64,000 nucleotides of DNA from an uncultured Gemmataceae bacterium (GCA_963750165.1 CAVVPN010000012.1:448001-512000), one strand, 5' to 3'; counted from the stretch's first letter, positions 53,610 to 64,000 are shown. The notes: generated by a model from the sequence alone, not told the origin. Numbers and translations: made by a program.

Positions 53610-54032
53610 ATGAAGTCCTTCACCAGATACCTGACCCTGAACATTCCGTCCAAAATGGCCTTCAAAAACATCACCCCGGAAGTCGCAGCAACGGTCAAGG
53701 ACAGTGGCGTCGCCGAAGGGATTGTCCTCGTCAATTCGATGCACATCACCAGTTCGGTCTTCATCAATGACGACGAGCGCGGCCTGCACCACGACTTCGG
53801 CGTCTGGCTGGAGAAGTTGGCCCCGTTCAACCCCGACCCCAATCACTACCACCACAACCGCACCGGCGAGGACAATGCGGATGCCCACCTCAAGCGCCAG
53901 GTGATGGGCCGAGAAGTCGTGGTCGCCATCACCGGGGGGAAGCTCGATTTCGGTCCGTGGGAGCAAATTTTTTACGGCGAGTTCGACGGCCACCGGGCCA
54001 AGCGTGTGCTGATCAAGATCCTCGGCGAGTAG
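53610..54032 (+). CDS. YjbQ/UPF0047 family protein
   Basis: [28 protein letters not shown]. Confidence 0.92.
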   Translation: MKSFTRYLTLNIPSKMAFKNITPEVAATVKDSGVAEGIVLVNSMHITSSVFINDDERGLHHDFGVWLEKLAPFNPDPNHYHHNRTGEDNADAHLKRQVMGREVVVAITGGKLDFGPWEQIFYGEFDGHRAKRVLIKILGE

Positions 54033-54190
54033 CCCACGACCGCCCCGTCCTTGCCAAATCCCCTATAACACCAGCGGGCGGCGAACGTACTGGACAGCCC
54101 GCGCGGCCCAACGTATAAGGGAAGGACCAGGCGATGCCACCTTCGCCGAACCGTGATAGCTCGCCCTTCCTCCGTACCGGAGAACCGAAC

Positions 54191-55147
54191 ATGGTTCGTG
54201 TCCTGTGCATTTTCGCCGTGCTGTTGGTTGGCTGGGTGTTCCCCATGAGCGACGACCGCCCGCAGTTCGCCCAGGATCGCACCGCCGCCGCCCAGAACAA
54301 GCCCGTCGAGATCGACGGCCCGCGCACCCTGGGCTACCTGAAAAAAATCTGCGACCTCGGCCCGCGCATGACCGGCACCAAGCAGATGGCCCAGCAGCAA
54401 GAGCTGATTATCAAACACTTCGAGGGCCTGGGCGCCACCGTCAAGAAACAGACCTTCAAGGCCAAGCAGCTCAGCCGCAGGAACGCCGTCGAGATGACCA
54501 ACCTCATTGTCTCGTGGAACCCCGAGCGCAAGAAGCGTGTCATCCTGTGCTCGCACTACGACACGCGGCCCATCGCCGATCAGGAGAAGGATCCGCGCGA
54601 CTGGCACAAGCCGTTCGTCAGCGCCAACGACGGCGGCTCCGGCGTCGCCCTGTTGATGGAACTTGGCAACCATATGAAGGCTCTGAAAACCACTGTTGGT
54701 GTCGATTTCGTCTTCTTCGATGGCGAGGAGTTTGTCTGGAACAAGAACGACGAGTATTTCTTCGGCTCCAAGCACTTCGCGCAGCAGTGGGTGAAGAACA
54801 AGCGACAGCCGGAATACCTGGCGGCGGTGTTGCTGGACATGGTCGGCGGCAAGGACGCCGAGTTCCCACCGGAGGGCAACTCGCTGCGGCGAGCCCGGCC
54901 GCTGGTCGAGCACATCTGGCGGATCGCCGCCGAGTTGAAATGCACCGCGTTCAAGTACGAACTCCCCCGGCACGAAGTGCTCGACGACCACATCGCGCTG
55001 CTGAACGTCGGCATCCCGGCCATCGACATCATCGACTTCGACTATACACACTGGCACAAGCTCTCGGACACGCCCGCGAACTGCTCCGCCGACAGCCTGG
55101 CGCAGGTGGGGCGGGTGCTGACGACCTGGGTGCAGCGCGTCAAGTGA
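54191..55147 (+). CDS. M28 family peptidase (glutaminyl cyclase-like)
   Basis: Signal peptide, SHYDTR, ANDGGSG, FDGEE, DDH, WH. Confidence 0.88.
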   Translation: MVRVLCIFAVLLVGWVFPMSDDRPQFAQDRTAAAQNKPVEIDGPRTLGYLKKICDLGPRMTGTKQMAQQQELIIKHFEGLGATVKKQTFKAKQLSRRNAVEMTNLIVSWNPERKKRVILCSHYDTRPIADQEKDPRDWHKPFVSANDGGSGVALLMELGNHMKALKTTVGVDFVFFDGEEFVWNKNDEYFFGSKHFAQQWVKNKRQPEYLAAVLLDMVGGKDAEFPPEGNSLRRARPLVEHIWRIAAELKCTAFKYELPRHEVLDDHIALLNVGIPAIDIIDFDYTHWHKLSDTPANCSADSLAQVGRVLTTWVQRVK

Positions 55148-55174
55148 GGGCGGTCCCCGGAAACGAGATGCAGC

Positions 55175-55660
55175 GTGGACCCCGCCGAACTGGCCTTCAT
55201 GATGGTCTTGATCGTGCTGCTGCTGGCCGTGGCCGGTTACTTCGGCTGGCGGCAGGTGCAGACGCTGCGAGGAGGCGGCGGCGCGCCCGGCGACGAACGC
55301 CGCTACGCGGTGCGGCAGGCGTGGCGGCGGCTGTTCTGCTGCGGACTGATGGTGCTGGTCGCCGTCATGCTGGGGGGCTGGTTCTTCCTGGACCCAGACT
55401 TCCGCGCGCTGCACGCCCGCGCCCAGGCCGACCCGCTGACCGCGGCCGACAAGGACTTCACGCGCTTCATGGCGGTCTACTGGGGCGTGGTGCTGCTGGC
55501 CGTGTTCGCGCTGCTGGCGCTGGCGGCGGCGGACTCGTTGGCCATCGCCCGCTTCGGCATGCGCCAGCGCCGCCAGTTGCAGGCGGACCACCGCGCCCAA
55601 CTGGAGGAGCAGCTCGCCCGACTGCGGCAGCAACGCAACGGCCACGATGGTTCATTCTGA
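55175..55660 (+). CDS. Hypothetical 3-TM membrane protein
   Basis: Three hydrophobic helices and a charged C-terminal helix. Confidence 0.75.
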   Translation: MDPAELAFMMVLIVLLLAVAGYFGWRQVQTLRGGGGAPGDERRYAVRQAWRRLFCCGLMVLVAVMLGGWFFLDPDFRALHARAQADPLTAADKDFTRFMAVYWGVVLLAVFALLALAAADSLAIARFGMRQRRQLQADHRAQLEEQLARLRQQRNGHDGSF

Positions 55661-55716
55661 GCCCGAAGCGCAAGCGCGTGAAGCAATTGCATCCCGCGCT
55701 TGCGCTTCGGGCTCAG
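55657..55716. repeat. Hairpin CTGAGCCCGAAGCGCAAGCGCG
   Basis: 22-bp inverted arms; related half-copy at ~17981-18001. Confidence 0.8.
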
Positions 55717-55808
55717 CGTGTTGTCCGCCACCCCTTGCCAAAACGTCGGCCACACGCGAAGAAAGACAGCAGCTTCGACCCCAAGGCACCAGTAACATGG
55801 GGCGGCCC

Positions 55809-56828
55809 ATGTCCTCGCGTTTCCTGATCACCGGCGCCACCGGCTTCGTCGGCGGCCACATCGCCGAAGCCTTCGTCGAGCGCGGCTGGGAGGTCAGCGC
55901 CATCGTTCGGCCGCACAGCGACACCGCCCTGCTCGAACAGCTCGGCGTCACGCTGATCCACGGCGATCTGACCGAGCCGGCGACCGTTCACAAGGCGGTG
56001 GCGGAGGTCGAGGCCGTCGTCCACTGCGCCGCCAAGGTCGGCGACTGGGGCCCGGTCGCGGAGTACCGCAAGGTTAACGTCGAGGGATTGCGCGGGCTGC
56101 TGGACGCCTGCAAGGGCCAGGCACTGGAGCGGTTCATTCACCTGAGTTCGCTGGGCGTCTACGCCAATCGGCACCATCACGGCACCACCGAGGCGGAACC
56201 GCTGCCGCGCCGGCAGATCGATGGCTACTCGCAGAGCAAGGTCGAGGCGGAGCAGCTGGCGCTGCGGTATTATCGCGACTTCGGCGTGCCGGTGGTGGTG
56301 CTGCGGCCGGGTTTTGTCTATGGGCCGCGCGACCGGGCGGTCCTGCCGCGCATCATTGAGAACCTGCGCAAGGGCCTGGTCCGCTACCCCGGGGCCAAGG
56401 GGACGCGGGCGCTGAACACCATTTACGTCAAGAACCTGGTGGATGCGGTGTTCCTGGCACTGGAGGCGCCACGGGCGGTCGGCCAGGTCTACAACCTGAC
56501 GGATGGTGAGTTCATCTCCAAGCGCAAATTCATTGAGGCGGTGGCCGACCCGCTCGGCCTGCCACACCCGACGCGCATGCCGCCCTTGTGGCTGGCGCGC
56601 GTCCTGACCTGGGGCGCCGAGACGTGGGCGAAGTTGCGCGGCGCCAAACAGGCGCCGCTGTTCACCAGGGCGCGGCTGAAGTTTTTGGGGCTCAACCTGG
56701 ACTTCAGCATCGAAAAGGCACGCGAGGAACTGGGCTACAAGCCGCGGGTGGCGTTCGACGACGCCATGTACACGACCATGCAGTGGTACAAGCAACACTA
56801 TGGTCAGCCGCAGGCCGCGCAGGTGTGA
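55809..56828 (+). CDS. NAD-dependent epimerase/dehydratase (3-beta-HSD-like)
   Basis: TGATGFVG, YSQSK, LRPGFVYGP. Confidence 0.9.
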   Translation: MSSRFLITGATGFVGGHIAEAFVERGWEVSAIVRPHSDTALLEQLGVTLIHGDLTEPATVHKAVAEVEAVVHCAAKVGDWGPVAEYRKVNVEGLRGLLDACKGQALERFIHLSSLGVYANRHHHGTTEAEPLPRRQIDGYSQSKVEAEQLALRYYRDFGVPVVVLRPGFVYGPRDRAVLPRIIENLRKGLVRYPGAKGTRALNTIYVKNLVDAVFLALEAPRAVGQVYNLTDGEFISKRKFIEAVADPLGLPHPTRMPPLWLARVLTWGAETWAKLRGAKQAPLFTRARLKFLGLNLDFSIEKAREELGYKPRVAFDDAMYTTMQWYKQHYGQPQAAQV

Positions 56829-56832
56829 CGAC

Positions 56833-56940
56833 GGCACGGCGAGGCGCCCGGTGGCGCCGGCTGACCAATCAAGGACGCCAAGAACGCCAAGAACGCCAAC
56901 TTTTTCATACGTCGAGAAGCGGCGTCCTTGCCAGCACGGC
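56833..56940 (-). repeat. Single-unit partial copy (C) of the 290-bp element
   Basis: CAAGGACGCCAAGAACGCCAAGAACGCCAACTTTTTCATACGTCGAGA. Confidence 0.8.
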
Positions 56941-56997
56941 GGAGCACAGGTTGGCAATAACGGAGACGATCCTTTTCCCATTCTCACGGAGGTTCCC

Positions 56998-57546
56998 ATG
57001 GAACTGCAAGGCAAACGAGTGGCGGTGCTGGTCGAACAGCAGTATCAGGAGATGGAAGTCTGGTATCCGGTGTACCGGCTGCGCGAGGCGGGCTGTCAGG
57101 TGACGCTGGTCGGGCCAGAGGCGGGCCAGAGCTATCCGAGCAAGCTCGGCTATCCTGCCAAGAGCGACAAGGCGGCCAAGGATGTCAGCGCCAACGACTT
57201 CGACGCCCTGGTGATTCCCGGCGGCTTCGCGCCGGACTTCATCCGCCGTCACGAGTCCATGATCCGGCTGACGAACACGATGGCAGAGCAGGGCAAAATC
57301 GTCGCGGCCATTTGCCACGGGCCGTGGGTGCTGTGCTCGACGCAGGCGCTCAAGGGTCGCAAGGCCACCTGCTTCTTCGCCATCAAGGATGATGTGGTGA
57401 ACGCTGGCGCCCGCTATGTCGATGAGGAAGTGGTGCGCGACGGCAACATCATCACCAGCCGTAAACCTGACGACCTGCCTGCGTTCCTGCGGACGCTCAT
57501 GCAGGCCGTGCGCGAGGCCAAGCCGGCGCTGGCGGGGGCGCGGTAA
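56998..57546 (+). CDS. PfpI/DJ-1 family protein
   Basis: IPGGFAPD, AAICHGPW, ITSRKPDDL; GGAGG SD. Confidence 0.94.
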   Translation: MELQGKRVAVLVEQQYQEMEVWYPVYRLREAGCQVTLVGPEAGQSYPSKLGYPAKSDKAAKDVSANDFDALVIPGGFAPDFIRRHESMIRLTNTMAEQGKIVAAICHGPWVLCSTQALKGRKATCFFAIKDDVVNAGARYVDEEVVRDGNIITSRKPDDLPAFLRTLMQAVREAKPALAGAR

Positions 57547-57549
57547 TTC

Positions 57550-57609
57550 TCGTGGGGCAGACCTTCCTGTCTGCCGGTGTTCTGGCAGACAGGAAGGTCT
57601 GCCCCACGA
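57550..57609. repeat. REPIN-like doublet, GTGGGGCAGACCTTCCTGTCTGCC variant
   Basis: Perfect inverted arms; the same A>C change is present in both arms. Confidence 0.85.
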
Positions 57610-57624
57610 CAGCGGAGCTCATTC

Positions 57625-58407
57625 ATGTCCTCTCCCGCGGCCCCTTCCGCCGTGCTGATTACCGGCGCCGGCAGCGGCATCGGCCGGCAACTGGCCCTGA
57701 TGCTGGCCGCTCAGGGCCGTCCGGTCGCCGCGGTCGATCTGCAGACCGAGCCGCTCAAGGCTCTTGAAGCCGAACTGCAAGCCAGGGGGCAGCGCTGCGC
57801 CGCGGTCGCCGCCGATGTCACCGACCGAGCCGCCCTGTTCGCCGCCGTCCGCGCTCTGGAAGAACACCTCGGCCCCACCGACCTGCTCATCGCCAGCGCT
57901 GGCATCGGCGTCGAAACCTCCGCCCTGGACTTCGACCCGGCCGTCTTCGAGAAAGTGGTCGCCGTCAACCTCGTCGGCGTGGCCAACAGCGTCGCCGCAG
58001 TGCTGCCGGGCATGCTCCAGCGCCGCCGCGGTCATCTGGTGGCAATGTCCAGCCTGGCGTCGTATCGCGGCGTCCCGCACATGGCCGGTTACTGCGCCAG
58101 CAAGGCCGGCGTCAACGCCCTCTTCGACGCCCTGCGCGTCGAGCTGAAACCGCACGGCATCGCCACCACCACCGTCTGCCCTGGCTGGATCCGCACGCCG
58201 ATGACCGCCAACGTCCGCTTCCCCATCCCGCGCATGCTCGACGTGGCCGACGCGGCCGGGCGCATCCTGCGCGCCATCGAACGACGGCGGCCCTTCGTCG
58301 CCTTCCCCGCCAACATGCGCCGCAGGCTCGGCCTGCTGCGCTGGCTGCCGCTGGGCCTCAGCGACTGGCTGATGGACCGGGAAATGCGCCGCCTGCGGCC
58401 CCGGTAA
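57625..58407 (+). CDS. SDR family oxidoreductase
   Basis: TGAGSGIG, YCASK, PGWIRT. Confidence 0.93.
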   Translation: MSSPAAPSAVLITGAGSGIGRQLALMLAAQGRPVAAVDLQTEPLKALEAELQARGQRCAAVAADVTDRAALFAAVRALEEHLGPTDLLIASAGIGVETSALDFDPAVFEKVVAVNLVGVANSVAAVLPGMLQRRRGHLVAMSSLASYRGVPHMAGYCASKAGVNALFDALRVELKPHGIATTTVCPGWIRTPMTANVRFPIPRMLDVADAAGRILRAIERRRPFVAFPANMRRRLGLLRWLPLGLSDWLMDREMRRLRPR

Positions 58408-58428
58408 CGGCCCGCGAACTGCCGGACC

Positions 58429-59658
58429 TCACGAGCCCGTCTGGATCAACTTCATCCGCTCCTCCGCCCGCCGCACGATCTCCTCCGGCAGCGGCGCGTA
58501 CGACGTGACCGCGGCAAACTTCTGGCCGTCGTGCAAAACCCAGTTCAGGAACTCCGACACCTGTTGTTGCCGGTCCCCGGGCTGCTTCTGATAGCACACC
58601 GCCCAGATGGCACTGCAAATCGGGTACGAGTCCTTGCCGGGCATGTTGGTCAGGGTGAACGTCAGGTCCTCGGAGATGTCGGTGTTGCCCAGCGCCTTGG
58701 CGGCGGCGGTTATGTTCAACGCCTCGGTGTAGTTGAGTTTGCCTTCCGGGTTCTTGGCCGCCTTGCTGCGCTCGAGCCAGGGCCGCAACTCACCACTGGC
58801 GCTGATGAATTTGCCTTCCGAGTTCTTGACCGCCCCGAACGGCAGATACGAGTCGATGGCGTGCAGCATATCCACGTAGCCGATTGCCCCCTCGGTCTCC
58901 TTCACATACTGCGTCACGCCGGTGTTGCGCTCCTTGCCGACGCCGACCGGCGGCCACTGGACCACGCTCTGCGGCCCTTTGAACTGCTCCTTCCACGCCG
59001 GGCTCGCCGGGCGTTTGCCCGCCAGGTAGTCGGTGAAGATGAACGTCGTGCCGCTGGAGTCGGAGCGATGCACCGCGACGATCTTGGTGTCGATCTTTTC
59101 CAGGACGTCCTTCAATTCCGGGTTCAGGGCCTTGATGGCGGGGTCGTTCCATTTGGTGATCTTGCCCAGGTAGATGTCGCCGAGCACCTCGCCGCTGAAC
59201 TTCAGCGGCGGCTTGTCGTTCAACTCCTTGACGTTGTACAGCGGCACCACCGCGCACAGCACCACGGGGATATGCAGCACGTCGCCGCCGTGCGCGCGGG
59301 CCTGCTTGCGCAGCTCTGACGGCATCGGGGCGTGCGTGAACGCGATGATGTACTTGCCGTCGATCATCTCCTGAAGGCCCTTGGTGGACCCCGTGGACTC
59401 GTACACCAAATCGATCGGCTTTTGCTTGCGGTATTCGGTGCGCCAGCGGTTCTCCATGATGATGTCCACGTTGGAGGTGCCGCCCGTTTTCAGGATGGTG
59501 TAGGTGGGCTTCTCCTCCTCCTTGACAAACCACTTGATCCACAAGTCCGGCAGCCAGAAAAAGATGAACGCGGCCAGGGCGGCTCCAACGGCCAGAAAGA
59601 GGACGATTCGCAGCACGGAAGTTCGGCTCGGTCCTTGGTCCACAGTACGGCTCCACAT
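58429..59658 (-). CDS. pstS: Phosphate-binding protein PstS (membrane-anchored, orphan)
   Basis: YESTGS, IYLGKITKWNDP, HRSDSSGTT, GAIGYV, YPI. Confidence 0.85.
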   Translation of the reverse strand: MWSRTVDQGPSRTSVLRIVLFLAVGAALAAFIFFWLPDLWIKWFVKEEEKPTYTILKTGGTSNVDIIMENRWRTEYRKQKPIDLVYESTGSTKGLQEMIDGKYIIAFTHAPMPSELRKQARAHGGDVLHIPVVLCAVVPLYNVKELNDKPPLKFSGEVLGDIYLGKITKWNDPAIKALNPELKDVLEKIDTKIVAVHRSDSSGTTFIFTDYLAGKRPASPAWKEQFKGPQSVVQWPPVGVGKERNTGVTQYVKETEGAIGYVDMLHAIDSYLPFGAVKNSEGKFISASGELRPWLERSKAAKNPEGKLNYTEALNITAAAKALGNTDISEDLTFTLTNMPGKDSYPICSAIWAVCYQKQPGDRQQQVSEFLNWVLHDGQKFAAVTSYAPLPEEIVRRAEERMKLIQTGS

Positions 59659-59810
59659 CAGGGGTGTTCGGCGAGTCAGCCAGCGCCGGTCGCAGTCGTC
59701 CACGGCGAACAAACTCTAACAAGGCGGAGTATAGCGAGGTTCGAGCGCGGCGGGTCGTGGCGAATTGCGGTGGAAAAGATGAATTATTGGAGAAGACGAC
59801 AGCGCTGCGC

Positions 59811-59873
59811 TTCGTGGGGCAGACATTCCTGTCTGCCAATCTCCACGGCAGACAGGAATGTCTGCCCCACGAA
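59811..59873. repeat. REPIN-like doublet of GTGGGGCAGACATTCCTGTCTGCC
   Basis: Perfect inverted arms. Confidence 0.88.
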
Positions 59874-59891
59874 ACGCAGTCGGTTCGCTCC

Positions 59892-62434
59892 TTACTTCGC
59901 CGCCGGGGCGGGCTCAGCGGCGAACAGGCGTAGCATCTCCTGCGCCCGCTGCCATAGCCGGTCCACGTCCGCGGCGACGGGTTGCTTCTGCTGCACCAGC
60001 GCCGTCAGTTCCGCGCGCAGTTTGCGCAGCGGCTCCAGCACCGCGGCGCCGGCGCCGACCGATTCCAGGTCTTCCACCAGCGCCGCCAGCTGGACGGACA
60101 GCACGCCCAGCGCGTGCAGGTGATCGCCGCCGCGGTTCAGCGCATCGATCAATTCCGTGGCCCGGCGGCGGTAGGCGCTCAGGTCCACGGACTCCGCGGC
60201 AGAATCGGATTTGCTCTCGCCTTTTTCACCGCCGCGGAAGAGGTTCGCCACCTTGCCGAGCAGGCCGCCCGATGGTCTGGCCGATTTCTTCGCTTTGGGT
60301 GGTGGCGGCGCTCCTGCGCTTCCTGGCCGCACCACCTCCAGGCGCCGGAGCGGACTGAGCCGGCGGCGGCAGCAATTCGCCGGTGACAGGGCCGCGATTC
60401 GCCTCTTCGGGACTGAAGTCCATCAAGTAGGAATCCACCGACTCCGTTTCCTCGTCGTAATCCGCCGGTGGCGCGGCACAGGCCACCGGCGCCGCCATGC
60501 AGAACTGCACCCCCCGCATCATCATCCCCGGTGGCTCCCACCCCGCCGGCAGGTCCACCGGCTGCACGATCTTGTGCTGCTTGCCGCCCTCGTTGACCGA
60601 CTCCGACCTGTCCACCGCCACGAACGCCGTGAAGCGGCACAGCACCCCATATTGCAATGAGGTCTGCACGATCCGCTTCTCCAGCTCCGCCGGCTCGTCG
60701 GCGCCGATGACGAATCGGTCCTCCAGCTCGCGCAGGTACGCCCGCGCCCACGCCCAGGTCAGACCACGGTTGCCGCTCACCCGGCTCGCCACCGTCTCCG
60801 ACCACGGCCGGCCCGCGTTGTCGCGCCCCGTCAGCGTCACCGCCCCCTCGCTCACGCCCTGGTAGCGGCCCAGCACCACCACCGGCGCCGCCGCGCTCAG
60901 GTCCGGCAGCCGCGCCGGCACCACCGTCCCCGGTTCCAGCCGGAAGCCGACCGCCTCCAGGTGCAGGCCGCTCAGCAACGGCTGCTCGATGCGCTGCTGC
61001 AACTTGTGCATCACCTCGTCCAGCCGATCCTCCGACTCGACCACCTCGCAGAAGCCGCCGCCCAGCGTCGCCAGTCGCTTCAAAAAGCCCTCGTTGACGG
61101 CCTGGTCAATGCCCAGCGTGAAGACGCGCAGTCCCGCCACGCGCTTGCCGAGGTGCCGCAAAATCTGGTCCTCGTTGCCGACCTGGCCGTCCGTCAGCAG
61201 CACCAGCACGCGGTCGCGGCCGGCGTCCGCCGATGACAGCTGCCGCACCGCCCGGTCCAGCGGCTGGGCCAGCTCCGTGCCACCGCGGGCATCGACCTTC
61301 GCCAAAAACTCAATCGCCCGGAAGCGCTGCCGATCCGTCGCGGCGATCAACCCACCTCTGGCCTCCGCCGGCTCCTCCACGCTGTCATCGAAGGCGTAAA
61401 TGGTGAAGCGGTCCTGTTCGGAAAGCGTGTCGATGAGGCGGCCGAGGGCGCGACGAGCGGTGACCATTTTCCAGCCGGCCATGCTGCCGCTGCGGTCCAG
61501 CACGAAGACCACGTCCCGCGGCTTCTGGCTCTCCGGGGCGTGGCGCGGCGGCACCAGCGTTAGCGCGAACGTGCCGCTTCTGGCGTTGCCGTTCTGGTCC
61601 GGCGTCAGCAGCAGTGTGCTGCGGACCTGCTCGTCAGCGATCCGGAAACGCAGGATGAAATCGCGGTTGAGCCGTTCGTTGGGCTGCAGCGCGAACTGAT
61701 AAATCCCCTGCTCGTCGCGTTCGCTCATGACCGTGTGCAGACTGCTGCGGAAGTCGCTCAGGTTCAGGCCGCCGGGCCGCACCTCAACGTTCAGCCCCAG
61801 GCGCACCGGATTCGGATAGCCTGGCAGCAGCACCGGCGGCGTGATGCGCGAGGCGTCCGGCACGGCGTCGGTGTCCTCCGCGGTGCCGCCGCCGACACTC
61901 GGGCCGGGCAGCGGCGTCCCCGGGATATACGCGCGGTGCCACCACCAGCGGAAAGCGGAACGTGGCCTCACCGGCGTCCAGCGCCAGCGGCCCCGTCAGC
62001 GTCAGCCGCACCGTCGCCACCTCGCCGGGCATCAGGTTGCCGACGCGCATTGTGAAAACGCCCGGCCGCTCCTCCTCCGCGATGGCGGCACGCTGGCCCT
62101 GCTGCACGGCCTGGTCGTAGTCGCGCCGCGCCTCGGCGCGCTCCTCCAGCACCGCCTCGATGACGCGGCCGTTGACCTTCATCTGGAACTGCGTCACCGC
62201 GGCGCGGTCCGGCAGCGGAAAAATGTAGGTCGCCTCCAGCGCCTCGTCGAGCACGTTGACGAACGTCTGCGTCACCGTGACCTGGGCGAGCAGGGCGTCA
62301 ATCTGGGCATGGACGGCGAGGTTGCGCAGCGGCAGTGAGCCGCGCGGCGTCCGGAGGGCCCCGAAGCCGGCCTCCTCGTCTTGCAGGCCGCGTTGCACGT
62401 CCACGTCACTCAGGATCGGAATCGGCTTCATCAT
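59892..62434 (-). CDS. VIT-vWA domain protein; frameshifts near 61930 and 60330
   Basis: VIT: QTFVN..LEATYIFPLP, ARRDYDQAV; vWA MIDAS DRSGSM, GGTE, LTDGQV. Confidence 0.88.
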
Positions 62435-62450
62435 GCGGGGCTCTCCTTTC

Positions 62451-62482
62451 AGGGGTCAGGGGCCAGGGGCCAGGGGTCAGGG
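62451..62482. repeat. Heptamer tandem repeat AGGGG(T/C)C
   Basis: AGGGGTC AGGGGCC AGGGGCC AGGGGTC, with partial complement at ~62539-62558. Confidence 0.65.
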
Positions 62483-62558
62483 AAGACAGAGAGGGTTGCC
62501 CTGTCCTTCGCACGTCACGTTCCAACCGTTCTGCCGTTCCCTGACCCGCGCCCCCTGG

Positions 62559-63170
62559 TCACATCAGCCGGCGTTTCTCCAGTAACTTCAGCAGCGGCGC
62601 CGCCGCCGCCTGGATCGCTTCCAAATCATCAGGACCGAGTTCACGCAGCGAAGTCAGCAATAACGTCACATCCTCCCTGAGAGGAATGCCGCGCAGAACC
62701 GGGGGCGCGGAAGGCGGCTGGCCCTCCGGCGCCTCCGCCGGGGCCTCACTCCAGAACGCACCCCGTCGCTGCTCCTGTTCAGCCCTCACTTCCTGTTTCG
62801 ACAACCGTTTCACCATCGGCGACGGACTGTCACCGATGTCGGCTGGAAGCTGGGCGAAGCGTTCCAGGACAGAATTGGGCTTGCCCACCAATTCTTGCTG
62901 GATTTCTTCGAGGGTGAGCCCCTGGACTTGCAGCCGCTTGATCGCGACCAGTTGCAGCAAATGCCGTCGGCAGTAGAGCGCGTTCTTCCAAAACCGGCCT
63001 TCCGGTTTGTCGATCAACCCCAACGTCGTGTAGTAACGAACAGTGCGGATGTCTGGAAGTTCCCGCACTCGGCCGCTGACCGACCCCCGTTTGTCCAGGG
63101 CCAACACCCGGGCAGCCTCTTCGATGAGTTGGTTGAGCAGCCAGTACTGGTCGGCATGATTGCGTGGCAT
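62559..63170 (-). CDS. MerR-like HTH regulator
   Basis: RTVRYYTTLGLIDKP, LLQLVAIKRLQVQGLTLEEI. Confidence 0.88.
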   Translation of the reverse strand: MPRNHADQYWLLNQLIEEAARVLALDKRGSVSGRVRELPDIRTVRYYTTLGLIDKPEGRFWKNALYCRRHLLQLVAIKRLQVQGLTLEEIQQELVGKPNSVLERFAQLPADIGDSPSPMVKRLSKQEVRAEQEQRRGAFWSEAPAEAPEGQPPSAPPVLRGIPLREDVTLLLTSLRELGPDDLEAIQAAAAPLLKLLEKRRLM

Positions 63171-63176
63171 ATCCAC

Positions 63177-63211
63177 ATTGTATTACTGTCAATGACAGTG
63201 TCAATGACAGT
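63177..63211 (-). promoter_or_regulatory. Promoter overlapped by a doubled palindromic operator
   Basis: Minus strand TTGACA-N16-TACAAT, 6 nt before ATG; ACTGTCAATGACAGT (63185-63199) overlapping AGTGTCAATGACAGT (63197-63211). Confidence 0.7.
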
Positions 63212-63322
63212 TTTCCGATTTTTCCGACTTTGAGCGAAGTGCTGGCTGGGCTGGCGTCGATGGAAGGAAAGTTGAAGAGCGCCGTTGGCGGTTGGCGCTT
63301 CGCTTCGGGCGAGGAGGTGGCC

Positions 63323-64000
63323 ATGCGCAGGTCGTTCGTGATGCTGACCCTGGCAGTTCTGGTAGGCTGCACGAAAACGGACAGGGAGCCGCCCGCCGAC
63401 TCCGGCTCCGACGCGCTCACCGCGGCGAGTGAAACTGGCTACGACCGCCTGACCGCCCTGTCCGACGTACTGGAACGCGACCCCGGCAATGAGACCGCCC
63501 TGTGCCAGCGTGCCGAGGTGTTCTCCCAGACCGGCGACTTCCAGGCGGCCATCGCGGACTACACGGCGGCGCTGAAGGTGGCGCCGAAGGCCCGGACGTT
63601 CTTCGGTCGCGGCGTGCAGTACAACGCCCTGGGCGACCGCGAGGCGGCGCTGCGCGACTTCACCGAGGCCATCCGCCTTGAGCCGAAAGAAGCAATCTTT
63701 TTCTTCCATCGCGGCAACACGCACCGCGAGGAGGGCAACACGGCGGAGGCGCTGGCGGACCTGAATGAAGCGGTGCGGCTGGCGCCGCAGAGCGCGACCA
63801 TGCTGGTGTCGCGCGGCGTGGTGTACCTGGGCGATGGCCGGATGGACCTGGCGATGGCGGACTTCGAGGCGGCGGCGCAACTGGACCCGCGCAGCGGCGA
63901 GGCGCACCTGAACCGTGGTTGCGTCCACAACGCGCGCTCGGAGTATCACGCGGCGGTGGCGGCCTTCAGTGCGGCGATCAAGTACACCGACAGTCCCGCC
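63323..64000 (+). CDS. TPR lipoprotein (runs off window end)
   Basis: GAGGAGG SD; lipobox LVGC; TPRs AAIADYTAAL, AALRDFTEAIRLEP. Confidence 0.88.
   Translation, partial: MRRSFVMLTLAVLVGCTKTDREPPADSGSDALTAASETGYDRLTALSDVLERDPGNETALCQRAEVFSQTGDFQAAIADYTAALKVAPKARTFFGRGVQYNALGDREAALRDFTEAIRLEPKEAIFFFHRGNTHREEGNTAEALADLNEAVRLAPQSATMLVSRGVVYLGDGRMDLAMADFEAAAQLDPRSGEAHLNRGCVHNARSEYHAAVAAFSAAIKYTDSPA

Overview
GC-rich chromosomal window from a planctomycete, probably Gemmataceae-like. This placement is an inference from the PSCyt/DUF1549/DUF1553 + DUF1501 gene pair, DUF1559-like mini-proteins and planctomycete-type Eno/Nuo sequences. Most of it is housekeeping: glgC, hpt, eno, ribF, a complete nuoA-N complex I operon, ctpA, PPi-type PFK, tRNA-Ser(UGA), pdxH, tsaD and pstS. 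About a dozen genes, including nuoB and nuoJ, carry single-base frameshifts, which I read as long-read assembly indels rather than pseudogenes. No transposase, integrase, rRNA or CRISPR array was seen. The most notable unexplained signals are: (1) a PD-(D/E)XK-like gene at 20001-20855 with a perfect internal Shine-Dalgarno and in-frame ATG that could make a separate 70-aa C-terminal protein, as in Rpn toxin/intragenic antitoxin systems; (2) a ~290-bp dispersed element with terminal inverted repeats and two internal 110-bp-period repeats, present as two full copies and one partial; (3) many REP/hairpin families, filling most nuo gene junctions and in one case inserted in-frame in a glycosyltransferase; (4) a candidate structured ncRNA at ~14.8-15.0 kb; (5) a MerR-like + VIT-vWA operon with a doubled palindromic operator over a probably leaderless promoter; (6) a truncated globin lacking its heme ligand next to a FixJ-like regulator; (7) a DUF433/DUF5615 toxin-antitoxin junction remnant; and (8) a synonymous AT-rich patch inside a radical SAM gene.
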